DNA of 64,000 bases, taken from positions 1,164,281-1,228,280 of the forward strand of contig CM082584.2 of assembly GCA_040954595.2 (NCBI GenBank), in the 5' to 3' direction. This document shows, piece after piece, positions 52,401-64,000 of the stretch. Made by a program: the position numbers and the translations under genes. The notes under the pieces are model-generated. The model did no database searches, had not been told where the DNA came from, and worked only from the letters and a program-made list of their open reading frames with translations. Source of the DNA: Balanoglossus misakiensis. Lineage: Eukaryota > Animalia > Hemichordata. Every line of letters begins with the position of its first letter. Position 1 is the first letter of the stretch.

Positions 52401-55400
52401 AGATTTTGCAAAGTCGAAAATTTGTCATTTTTTGATGATTTTCACCCATGTTTTTTTTTTTTTAAATCGACGAACCTATGATTTTTTTCAAAATCGACGA
52501 AATTGTGTGATTTTGCAAAGTCGAAAATTTTGTCATTTTTTGATGATTTTCAACCATGATTTTTTTTCTAAAATCGACGAAATTTTGAGATTTTGCACAG
52601 TCGAAAATTTGTCATTTTTTGATGATTTTCACCCATGATTTTTTTCAAAAATCGACGAAATTGTGAGATTTTGCAAAGTCGATAATTTGTCATTTTTTGA
52701 TGATTTTCACCCATGATTTTTTTCAAAAATCGACGAAATGTTGAGATTTTGCAAAGTCGAAAATTTGTCATTTTTTGATGATTTTCACCCATGATTTTTT
52801 CAAAAATTGACGAAATTTTGAGATTTTGCAAAGTCGAAAATTTGTCATTTTTTGATGATTTTCACCCATGATTTTTTTCAAAAATCGACGAAATGTTGAG
52901 ATTTTGCAAAGTCGAAACTTTGTAATTTTTTGATGATTTTCACCCATGATTTTTTTCAAAAATCGACGAAATTGTGAGATTTTGCAAAGTCGATAATTTG
53001 TCATTTTTTGATGATTTTCCCCCAATGTTTTTTTTCAAAATCGACGAAATTTTGAGATTTTGCATAATCGAAAATGTGTCATTTTTTGATGATTTTTACC
53101 CATGATTTTTTTTCAAAAATCGACGAAATTTTGAGATTTTGCAAAGTCGAAAATTTGTCATTTTTTGATGATTTTCACCCATGTTTTTTTTTTAAAAATC
53201 GACGAACCTAGGATTTTTTTCAAAATCGACGAAATTTTGTGATTTTACAAAGTCGAAAATTTTGTCATTTTTTGATGATTTTCAACCATGATTTTTTTTC
53301 AAAAATCGACGAAAATTTGAGATTTTGCAAAGACGAAAATTTGTCATTTTTGATGATTTTTACCCATGATTTTTATTCAAAAATGGACGAAATTTTGAGA
53401 TTTTGCAAAGACGAAAATTCGTCATTTTTTGATGATTTTCACCCATGATTTTTTTTTCAAAAATCGACGAAATTTTGAGATTTTGCAAAGTCGAAAATTT
53501 GTCATTTTTTGATGATTTTGCCCCATGTTTTTTTTTTTAAATGGACGAAATTTTGAGATTTTGCAAAGACGAAAATTTTTCATTTTTTGATGATTTTCAA
53601 CCATGTTTTTTTTTTAAAAATCGACGAACCTATGATTTTTTTCAAAATCGACGAAATTTTGTGATTTTACAAAGTCGAAAATTTTGTCATTTTTTGATGA
53701 TTTTCACCATGATTTTTTTTCAAAAATCGACGAAATTTTGAGATTTTGCAAAGTCGAAAATTTGTCATTTTTTGATGATTTTCACCCATGATTTTTTCAA
53801 AAATCGACGAAATTTTGAGATTTTGCAAAGTCGAAATTTTGTCATATTTTGATGATTTTCACCAATGTTTTTTTTTAAAAATCGACGAACCCATGATTTT
53901 TTTCAAAATCGACGAAATTTTGAGATTTTGCATAATCGAAAATTTGTCATTTTTTGATGATTTTCACCCATGATTTTTTTTAAAAATGAACGAAATTTTG
54001 AGATTTTGCAAAGTCAAAAATTTGTCGTTTTTTGATGTTTTTCAACCATTATTTTTTTTCAAAAATGGACGAAATTTTGAGATTTTGAAAAGACGAAAAT
54101 TTGTCATTTTTTGATGATTTTCACCATGATTTTTTTTCAAAAATCGACGAAATTTTGAGATTTTGCAAAGTCGAAAATTTGTCATTTTTTGATGATTTTC
54201 ACCATGATTTTTTTTCAAAAATCGACGAAATTTTGAGATTTTGCAAAGTCGAAAATTTGTCATTTTTTGATGATTTTCACCCATGGTTTTTTTCAAAAAT
54301 CGACGAAATGTTGAGATTTTGCAAAGTCGAAAATTTGTCATTTTTTGATGATTTTCACCCATGATTTTTTTTCAAAAATCGACGAAATTTTGAGATTTTG
54401 CATAATCGAAAATGTGTCATTTTTTCATGATTTTCACCCATGATTTTTTTTCAAAAATCGACGAAATTTTGAGATTTTGCATAATCGAAAATGTGTCATT
54501 TTTTGATGATTTTTACCCATGATTTTTTTTCAAAAATCGACGAAATTTTGAGATTTTGCAAAGTCGAAAATTTGTCATTTTTTGATGATTTTCACCCATG
54601 TTTTTTTTTTAAAAATCGACGAACCTAGGATTTTTTTCAAAATCGACGAAATTTTGTGATTTTACAAAGTCGAAAATTTTGTCATTTTTTGATGATTTTC
54701 AACCATGATTTTTTTTCAAAAATCGACGAAAATTTGAGATTTTGCAAAGACGAAAATTTGTCATTTTTGATGATTTTTACCCATGATTTTTATTCAAAAA
54801 TGGACGAAATTTTGAGATTTTGCAAAGACGAAAATTTGTCATTTTTTGATAATTTTCACCCATGATTTTTTTTTCAAAAATCGACGAAATTTTGAGATTT
54901 TGCAAAGTCGAAAATTTGTCATTTTTTGATGATTTTGCCCCATGTTTTTTTTTTTAAATGGACGAAATTTTGAGATTTTGCAAAGACGAAAATTTTTCAT
55001 TTTTTGATGATTTTCAACCATGTTTTTTTTTAAAAATCGACGAACCTATGATTTTTTTCAAAATCGACGAAATTTTGTGATTTTACAAAGTCAAAAATTT
55101 GTCATATTTTGATGATTTTCACCCATGATTTTTTCAAAAATCGACGAAATTTTGAGATTTTGCAAAGTCGAAAATTTGTCATATTTTGATGATTTTCACC
55201 AATGTTTTTTTTTAAAAATCGACGAACCCATGATTTTTTTCAAAATCGACGAAATTTTGAGATTTTGCATAATCGAAAATTTGTCATTTTTTGATGATTT
55301 TCACCCATGATTTTTTTTAAAAATGAACGAAATTTTGAGATTTTGCAAAGTCAAAAATTTGTCGTTTTTTGATGATTTTCAACCATTATTTTTTTTCAAA

Positions 55401-58400
55401 AATGGACGAAATTTTGAGATTTTGAAAAGACGAAAATTTGTCATTTTTTGATGATTTTCACCATGATTTTTTTTCAAAAATCGACGAAATTTTGAGATTT
55501 TGCAAAGTCGAAAATTTGTCATTTTTTGATGATTTTCACCATGATTTTTTTTCAAAAATCGACGAAATTTTGAGATTTTGCAAAGTCGAAAATTTGTCAT
55601 TTTTTGATGATTTTCACCCATGATTTTTTTCAAAAATCGACGAAATGTTGAGATTTTGCAAAGTCGAAAATTTGTCATTTTTTGATGATTTTCACCCATG
55701 ATTTTTTTTCAAAAATCGACGAAATGTTGAGATTTTGCATAATCGAAAATGTGTCATTTTTTCATGATTTTCACCCATGATTTTTTTTCAAAAATCGACG
55801 AAATTTTGAGATTTTGCATAATCGAAAATGTGTCATTTTTTGATGATTTTTACCCATGTTTTTTTCAAAACTCGACGAAATTTTGAGATTTTGCAAAGTC
55901 GAAAATTTGTCATTTTTTGATGATTTTCACCCATGTTTTTTTTTTAAAAATCGACGAACCTAGGATTTTTTTCAAAATCGACGAAATTTTGTGATTTTAC
56001 AAAGTCGAAAATTTTGTCATTTTTTGATGATTTTCAACCATGATTTTTTTTCAAAAATCGACGAAAATTTGAGATTTTGCAAAGACGAAAATTTGTCATT
56101 TTTGATGATTTTTACCCATGATTTTTATTCAAAAATGGACGAAATTTTGAGATTTTGCAAAGACGAAAATTTGTCATTTTTTGATGATTTTCACCCATGA
56201 TTTTTTTTTCAAAAATCGACGAAATTTTGAGATTTTGCAAAGTCGAAAATTTGTCATTTTTTGATGATTTTGCCCCATGTTTTTTTTTTTAAATGGACGA
56301 AATTTTGAGATTTTGCAAAGACGAAAATTTTTCATTTTTTGATGATTTTCAACCATGTTTTTTTTTTAAAAATCGACGAACCTATGATATTTTTCAAAAT
56401 CGACGAAATTTTGTGATTTTGCATAATCGAAAATTTGTCATTTTTTGATGATTTTCACCCATGATTTTTTTTAAAAATGAACGAAATTTTGAGATTTTGC
56501 AAAGTCAAAAATTTGTCGTTTTTTGATGATTTTCAACCATTATTTTTTTTCAAAAATGGACGAAATTTTGAGATTTTGAAAAGACGAAAATTTGTCATTT
56601 TTTGATGATTTTCACCATGATTTTTTTTCAAAAATCGACGAAATTTTGAGATTTTGCAAAGTCGAAAATTTGTGATTTTTTGATGATTTTCACCATGATT
56701 TTTTTTCAAAAATCGACGAAATTTTGAGATTTTGCAAAGACGAAAATTTGTCATTTTTTGATGATTTTTACCCATGATTTTTTTTCAAAAATGGACGAAA
56801 TTTTGAGATTTTGCAAAGTCGAAAATTTGTCATTTTTTGATGATTTTCACCAATATTATTTTTCAAAAACCGACGAAATTTTGAGATTTTGCAAAGTCGA
56901 AAATTTGTCATTTTTTGATGATTTTCACCCATGTTTTTTTTTTAAAAATCGACGAACCTATGATTTTTTTCAAAATCGACGAAATTTTTTGATTTTACAA
57001 AGTCGAAAATTTTGTCATTTTTTGATGATTTTCAACCATGATGTTTTTTCAAAAATCGACGAAAATTTGAGATTTTGCAAAGACGAAAATTTGTCATTTT
57101 TGATGATTTTTACCCATGATTTTTATTCAAAAATGGACGAAATTTTGAGATTTTGCAAAGACGAAAATTTGTCATTTTTTGATGATTTTCACCCATTATT
57201 TTTTTTCAAAAATCGACGAAATTTTGAGATTTTGCAAAGTCGAAAATTTGTCATTTTTTGATAATTTTCAACCATTATTTTTTTTCAAAATCGACGAAAT
57301 TTTGAGATTTTGCAAAGACGAAAATTTGTCATTTTTTGATGATTTTTACCCATGATTTTTTTTCAAAAATGGACGAAATTTTGAGATTTTGCAAAGTCGA
57401 AAATTTGTCATTTTTTGATGATTTTCACCAATATTATTTTTCAAAAACCGACGAAATTTTGAGATTTAGCAAAGAAGAAAATTTGTCATTTTTTGATGAT
57501 TTTCACCCATGATTTTTTTTCAAAAATCGACGAAATTTTGAGATTTTGCATAATCGAAAATGTGTCATTTTTTGATAATTTTCACCCATGATTTTTTTCA
57601 AAAATCGACGAAATTTTGAGATTTTGCAAAGTCGAAAATTTGTCATTTTTTGATGATTTTCACCCATGTTTTTTTTTTAAAAATCGACGAACCTATGATT
57701 TTTTTCAAAATCGACGAAATTTTTTGATTTTACAAAGTCGAAAATTTTGTCATTTTTTGATGATTTTCAACCATGATTTTTTTTCAAAAATCGACGAAAA
57801 TTTGAGATTTTGCAAAGACGAAAATTTGTCATTTTTGATGATTTTTACCCATGATTTTTATTCAAAAATGGACGAAATTTTGAGATTTTGCAAAGACGAA
57901 AATTTGTCATTTTTTGATGATTTTCACCCATGATTTTTTTTCAAAAATCGACGAAATTTTGAGATTTTGCAAAGTCGAAAATTTGTCATTTTTTGATAAT
58001 TTTCAACCATTATTTTTTTTCAAAATCGACGAAATTTTGAGATTTTGCAAAGTCGAAAATTTGTCATTTTTTGATGATTTTCCCCCATGTTTTTTTTTTA
58101 AATGGACGAAATTTTGAGATATTGCAATGACGAAAATTTGTCATTTTTTGATGATTTTTACCCATGATTTTTTTTCAAAAATGGACGAAATTTTGAGATT
58201 TTGCAAAGTCGAAAATTTGTCATTTTTTGATGATTTTCACCAATATTATTTTTCAAAAACCGACGAAATTTTGAGATTTAGCAAAGAAGAAAATTTGTCA
58301 TTTTTTGATGATTTTTACCCCTGATTTTTTTCAAAAATTGACGAAATTTTGAGATTTTGCACAGTCGAAAATTTGTCATTTTTTGATGATTTTCACCCAT

Positions 58401-61400
58401 GATTTTTTTCAAAAATCGACGAAATGTTGAGATTTTGCAAAGTCGAAAATTTGTCATTTTTTGATGATTTTCTCCCATGATTTTTTTCAAAAATCGACGA
58501 AATTGTGAGATTTTGCAAAGTCGAAAATTTGTCATTTTTTGATGATTTTCACCCATGTTTTTTTTTTAAAATCGACGAACCTATGATTTTTTTCAAAATC
58601 GACGAAATTTTGAGATTTTGCAAAGTCGAAAATTTGTAATTTTTTGATGATTTTCACCCATGATTTTTTTCAAAAATCGACGAAATGTTGAGATTTTGCA
58701 AAGTCGAAAATTTGTAATTTTTTGATGATTTTCACCCATGATTTTTTTCAAAAATCGACGAAATGTTGAGATTTTGCAAAGTCGAAAATTTGTCATTTTT
58801 TGATGATTTTCTCCCATGATTTTTTTCAAAAATCGACGAAATTGTGAGATTTTGCAAAGTCGAAAATTTGTCATTTTTTGATGATTTTCACCCATGATTT
58901 TTTTCAAAAATCGACGAAATTTTGAGATTTTGCAAAGTCGAAAATTTGTCATTTTTTGATGATTTTCACCCATGTTTTTTTTTTTTAAATCGACGAACCT
59001 ATGATTTTTTTCAAAATCGACGAAATTGTGTGATTTTGCACAGTCGAAAATTTGTCATTTTTTGATGATTTTCACCCATGATTTTTTTCAAAAATCGACG
59101 AAATTGTGAGATTTTGCAAAGTCGATAATTTGTCATTTTTTGATGATTTTCACCCATGATTTTTTTCAAAAATCGACGAAATGTTGAGATTTTGCAAAGT
59201 CGAAAATTTGTCATTTTTTGATGATTTTCACCCATGATTTTTTCAAAAATTGACGAAATTTTGAGATTTTGCAAAGTCGAAAATTTGTCATTTTTTGATG
59301 ATTTTCACCCATGATTTTTTTCAAAAATCGACGAAATGTTGAGATTTTGCAAAGTCGAAAATTTGTCATTTTTTGATGATTTTCACCCATGATTTTTTTC
59401 AAAAATCGACGAAATTGTGAGATTTTGCAAAGTCGATAATTTGTCATTTTTTGATGATTTTCACCCAATGTTTTTTTTCAAAATCGACGAAATTTTGAGA
59501 TTTTGCAAAGTCGAAAATTTGTCATTTTTTGATGATTTTCACCCATGATTTTTTTCAAAAATCGACGAAATTTTGAGATTTTGCAAAGTCGAAAATTTGT
59601 CATTTTTTGATGATTTTCACCCATGATTTTTTTTCAAAAATCGATGAAATTTTGAGATTTTGCATAATCGAAAATGTGTCATTTTTTGATGATTTTCACT
59701 CATGTTTTTTTTTTAAAAATCGACGAACCTATGATTTTTTTCAAAATCGACGAAATTTTTTGATTTTACAAAGTCGAAAATTTTGTCATTTTTTGATGAT
59801 TTTCAACCATGATTTTTTTTCAAAAATCGACGAAAATTTGAGATTTTGCAAAGACGAAAATTTGTCATTTTTGATGATTTTTACCCATGATTTTTATTCA
59901 AAAATGGACAAAATTTTGAGATTTTGCAAAGACGAAAATTTGTCATTTTTTGATGATTTTCACCCATGATTTTTTTTCAAAAATCGACGAAATTTTGAGA
60001 TTTTGCAAAGTCGAAAATTTGTCATTTTTTGATAATTTTCAACCATTATTTTTTTTCAAAATCGACGAAATTTTGAGATTTTGCAAAGTCGAAAATTTGT
60101 CATTTTTTGATGATTTTCCCCCATGTTTTTTTTTTTAAATGGACGAAATTTTGAGATTTTGCAAAGACGAAAATTTGTCATTTTTTGATGATTTTTACCC
60201 ATGATTTTTTTTCAAAAATGGACGAAATTTTGAGATTTTGCAAAGTCGAAAATTTGTCATTTTTTGATGATTTTCACCAATATTATTTTTCAAAAACCGA
60301 CGAAATTTTGAGATTTAGCAAAGAAGAAAATTTGTCATTTTTTGATGATTTTTACCCCTGATTTTTTTCAAAAATTGACGAAATTTTGAGATTTGCACAG
60401 TCGAAAATTTGTCATTTTTTGATGATTTTCACCCATGATTTTTTTCAAAAATCGACGAAATGTTGAGATTTTGCAAAGTCGAAAATTTGTCATTTTTTGA
60501 TGATTTTCTCCCATGATTTTTTTCAAAAATCGACGAAATTGTGAGATTTTGCAAAGTCGAAAATTTGTCATTTTTTGATGATTTTCACCCATGTTTTTTT
60601 TTTAAAATCGACGAACCTATGATTTTTTTCAAAATCGACGAAATTTTGAGATTTTGCAAAGTCGAAAATTTGTAATTTTTTGATGATTTTCACCCATGAT
60701 TTTTTTCAAAAATCGACGAAATTTTTAGATTTTGCAAAGTCGAAAATGTGTCATTTTTTGATCATTTTCACCCATGATTTTTTTTCAAAAATCGACGAAA
60801 TTTTAAGATTTTGCAAAGTCGAAAATTTTGTCATTTTTTGATGATTTTCAACCATGATTTTTTTTCTAAAATCGACGAAATTTTGAGATTTTGCACAGTC
60901 GAAAATTTGTCATTTTTTGATGATTTTCACCCATGATTTTTTTCAAAAATCGACGAAATGTTGAGATTTTGCAAAGTCGAAAATTCGTCATTTTTTGATG
61001 ATTTTCTCCCATGATTTTTTTCAAAAATCGACGAAATTGTGAGATTTTGCAAAGTCGAAAATTTGTCATTTTTTGATGATTTTCACCCATGATTTTTTTC
61101 AAAAATCGACGAAATTTTGAGATTTTGCAAAGTCGAAAATTTGTCATTTTTTGATGATTTTCACCCATGTTTTTTTTTTTTAAAATCGACGAACCTATGA
61201 TTTTTTTCAAAATCGACGAAATTGTGTGATCTTGCAAAGTCGAAAATTTTGTCATTTTTTGATGATTTTCAACCATGATTTTTTTTCTAAAATCGACGAA
61301 ATTTTGAGATTTTGCACAGTCGAAAATTTGTCATTTTTTGATGATTTTCACCCATGATTTTTTTCAAAAATCGACGAAATTGTGAGATTTTGCAAAGTCG

Positions 61401-64000
61401 ATAATTTGTCATTTTTTGATGATTTTCACCCATGATTTTTTTCAAAAATCGACGAAATGTTGAGATTTTGCAAAGTCGAAAATTTGTCATTTTTTGATGA
61501 TTTTCACCCATGATTTTTTCAAAAATTGACGAAATTTTGAGATTTTGCAAAGTCGAAAATTTGTCATTTTTTGATGATTTTCACCCATGATTTTTTTCAA
61601 AAATCGACGAAATGTTGAGATTTTGCAAAGTCGAAAATTTGTAATTTTTTGATGATTTTCACCCATGATTTTTTTCAAAAATCGACGAAATTGTGAGATT
61701 TTGCAAAGTCGAAAATTTGTCATTTTTTGATGATTTTCACCCATGATTTTTTTCAAAAATCGACAAAATTTTGAGATTTTGCAAAGTCGAAAATTTGTCA
61801 TTTTTTGATGATTTTCACCCATTATTTTTTTCTAAAATCGACGAAATTTTGAGATTTTGCACAGTCGAAAATTTGTCATTTTTTGATGATTTTCACCCAT
61901 GATTTTTTTCAAAAATCGACGAAATTGTGAGATTTTGCAAAGTCGATAATTTTGTCATTTTTTGATGATTTTCAACCATATTATTTTTTAAAAAACCGAC
62001 GAAATTTTGAGATTTTGCATAGACGAAAATTTGTCATTTTTTGATGATTTTCACCCATGATTTTTTTCAAAATTGACGAAATTTTGAGATTTTGCAAAGT
62101 CGAAAATTTGTCATTTTTTGATGATTTTCACCCATGATTTTTTTCAAAAATCGACGAAATTGTGAGATTTTGCAAAGTCGATAATTTGTCATTTTTTGAT
62201 GATTTTCCCCCAATGTTTTTTTTCAAAATCGACGAAATTTTGAGATTTTGCAAAGTCGAAAATTTGTCATTTTTTGATGATTTTCCCCCATGTTTTTTTT
62301 TTAAATGGACGAAATTTTGAGATTTTGCAAAGTCGAAAATTTGTCATTTTTTGATGATTTTCACCCATGATTTTTTTCAAAAATCGACGAAATTGTGAGA
62401 TTTTGCAAAGTCAAAAATTTGTCATTTTTTGATGATTTTCACCCATGTTTTTTTTAAAAAAAAACGACGAACCTATGATTTTTTTCAAAATCGACGAAAT
62501 TTTGAGATTTTGCAAAGTCGAAAATTTGTCATTTTTTGATGATTTTCACCCATGATTTTTTTCAAAAATCGACGAAATTTTGAGATTTTGCAAAGACGAA
62601 AATTTTTCATTTTTGATGATTTTTACCCATGATTTTTTTTCAAAATGGACGAAATTTTGAGATTTTGCAAAGTCGATAATTTGTCATTTTTTGATGATCT
62701 TCCCCCAATAGTTTTTTTCAAAATCGACGAAATTTTGAGATTTTGCAAAGTCGAAAATTTGTCATTTTTTGATGATTTTTACCCATGATTTTTTTTCAAA
62801 AATCGACGAAATTTTTAGATTTTGCAAAGTCGAAAATGTGTCATTTTTTGATGATTTTCACCCATGATTTTTTTTCAAAAATCGACGAAATTTTAAGATT
62901 TTCCAAAGTCGAAAATTTTTCATTTTTTGATGATTTTCACCCATGTTTTTTTTTTAAAAATCGACGAACCTATGATTTTTTTCAAAATCGACGAAATTGT
63001 GTGATTTTGCAAAGTCGAAAATTTTGTCATTTTTTGATGATTTTCAACCATGATTTTTTTTCTAAAATCGACGAAATTTTGAGATTTTGCACAGTCGAAA
63101 ATTTGTCATTTTTTGATGATTTTCACCCATGATTTTTTTCAAAAATCGACGAAATTGTGAGATTTTGCAAAGTCGATAATTTTGTCATTTTTTGATGATT
63201 TTCAACCATATTATTTTTTAAAAAACCGACGAAATTTTGAGATTTTGCATAGACGAAAATTTGTCATTTTTTGATGATTTTCACCCATGATTTTTTTCAA
63301 AATTGACGAAATTTTGAGATTTTGCAAAGTCGAAAATTTGTCATTTTTTGATGATTTTCACCCATGATTTTTTTCAAAAATCGACGAAATTGTGAGATTT
63401 TGCAAAGTCGATAATTTGTCATTTTTTGATGATTTTCACCCATGATTTTTTTCAAAAATCGACGAAATGTTGAGATTTTGCAAAGTCGAAAATTTGTCAT
63501 TTTTTGATGATTTTCACCCATGATTTTTTTCAAAAATCGACGAAATTTTGAGATTTTGCAAAGTCGAAAATTTGTCATTTTTTGATGATTTTCACCCATG
63601 ATTTTTTTCAAAAATCGACGAAATTGTGAGATTTTGCAAAGTCAAAAATTTGTCATTTTTTGATGATTTTCACCCATGTTTTTTTTAAAAAAAAACGACG
63701 AACCTATGATTTTTTTCAAAATCGACGAAATTTTGAGATTTTGCAAAGTCGAAAATTTGTCATTTTTTGATGATTTTCACCCATGATTTTTTTCAAAAAT
63801 CGACGAAATGTTGAGATTTTGCAAAGTCGAAAATTTGTCATTTTTTGATGATTTTCACCCATGATTTTTTTTTAAAATGGACGAAATTTTGAGATTTTGC
63901 AAAGTCGATAATTTGTCATTTTTTGATGATCTTCCCCCAATGGTTTTTTTCAAAATCGACGAAATTTTGAGATTTTGCAAAGTCGAAAATTTGTCATTTT
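46475..64000 (+). repeat. 78-bp satellite DNA, segment 3 (runs off window end)
   Basis: Same monomer and orientation. Confidence 0.98.
46510..59460 (+). repeat. ~6.5-kb tandem block duplication inside the satellite
   Basis: Artefact-ORF series repeats at offset 6524-6527 (46712/53239, 48129/54656, 50234/56758, 51603/58127). Private variants GAGATATTGCAATGACG and GATGTTTTTCAACC each occur in both blocks at this offset. Confidence 0.9.

Noticed and set aside
10611-63611. More than 150 F/K/D-rich ORFs (e.g. FSKIDEILRFCKVENLSFFDDFH, GENHQKMTNFRLCKISKFRRF)
   Set aside because: These are translations of a 78-bp monomer (multiple of 3). Frames shift at T-run slippage and occur on both strands, so they are not genes.
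10525-64000. CRISPR-like regular repeats
   Set aside because: There are no unique spacers and no cas genes; monomers are contiguous tandem copies in a eukaryotic context.

Overview
Eukaryotic (probably invertebrate animal) DNA at the edge of a satellite array; no intact gene and no prokaryotic features. Bases 1-7.7 kb are a decayed module. It has a minus-strand, intron-containing pseudogene whose translation resembles RPA70-type OB folds, inverted paralogous fragments of that locus, and a CCAAT/TATA-preceded CxxC-CxxC pseudo-ORF. A ~2.06-kb part of the module is triplicated through identical template-switch junctions. A 3x ~305-bp tandem repeat runs directly into a ~53-kb AT-rich 78-bp satellite (10.5-64 kb) with local higher-order repeats and a 6.5-kb block duplication. 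Two insertions interrupt the satellite: a 1247-bp TA-flanked TIR element and a 3.9-kb nested non-autonomous Helentron (HINE-type) complex. Nearly all ORFs in the supplied track are artefacts of the satellite. Protein-family calls come from manual translation and motif recall, not database searches.
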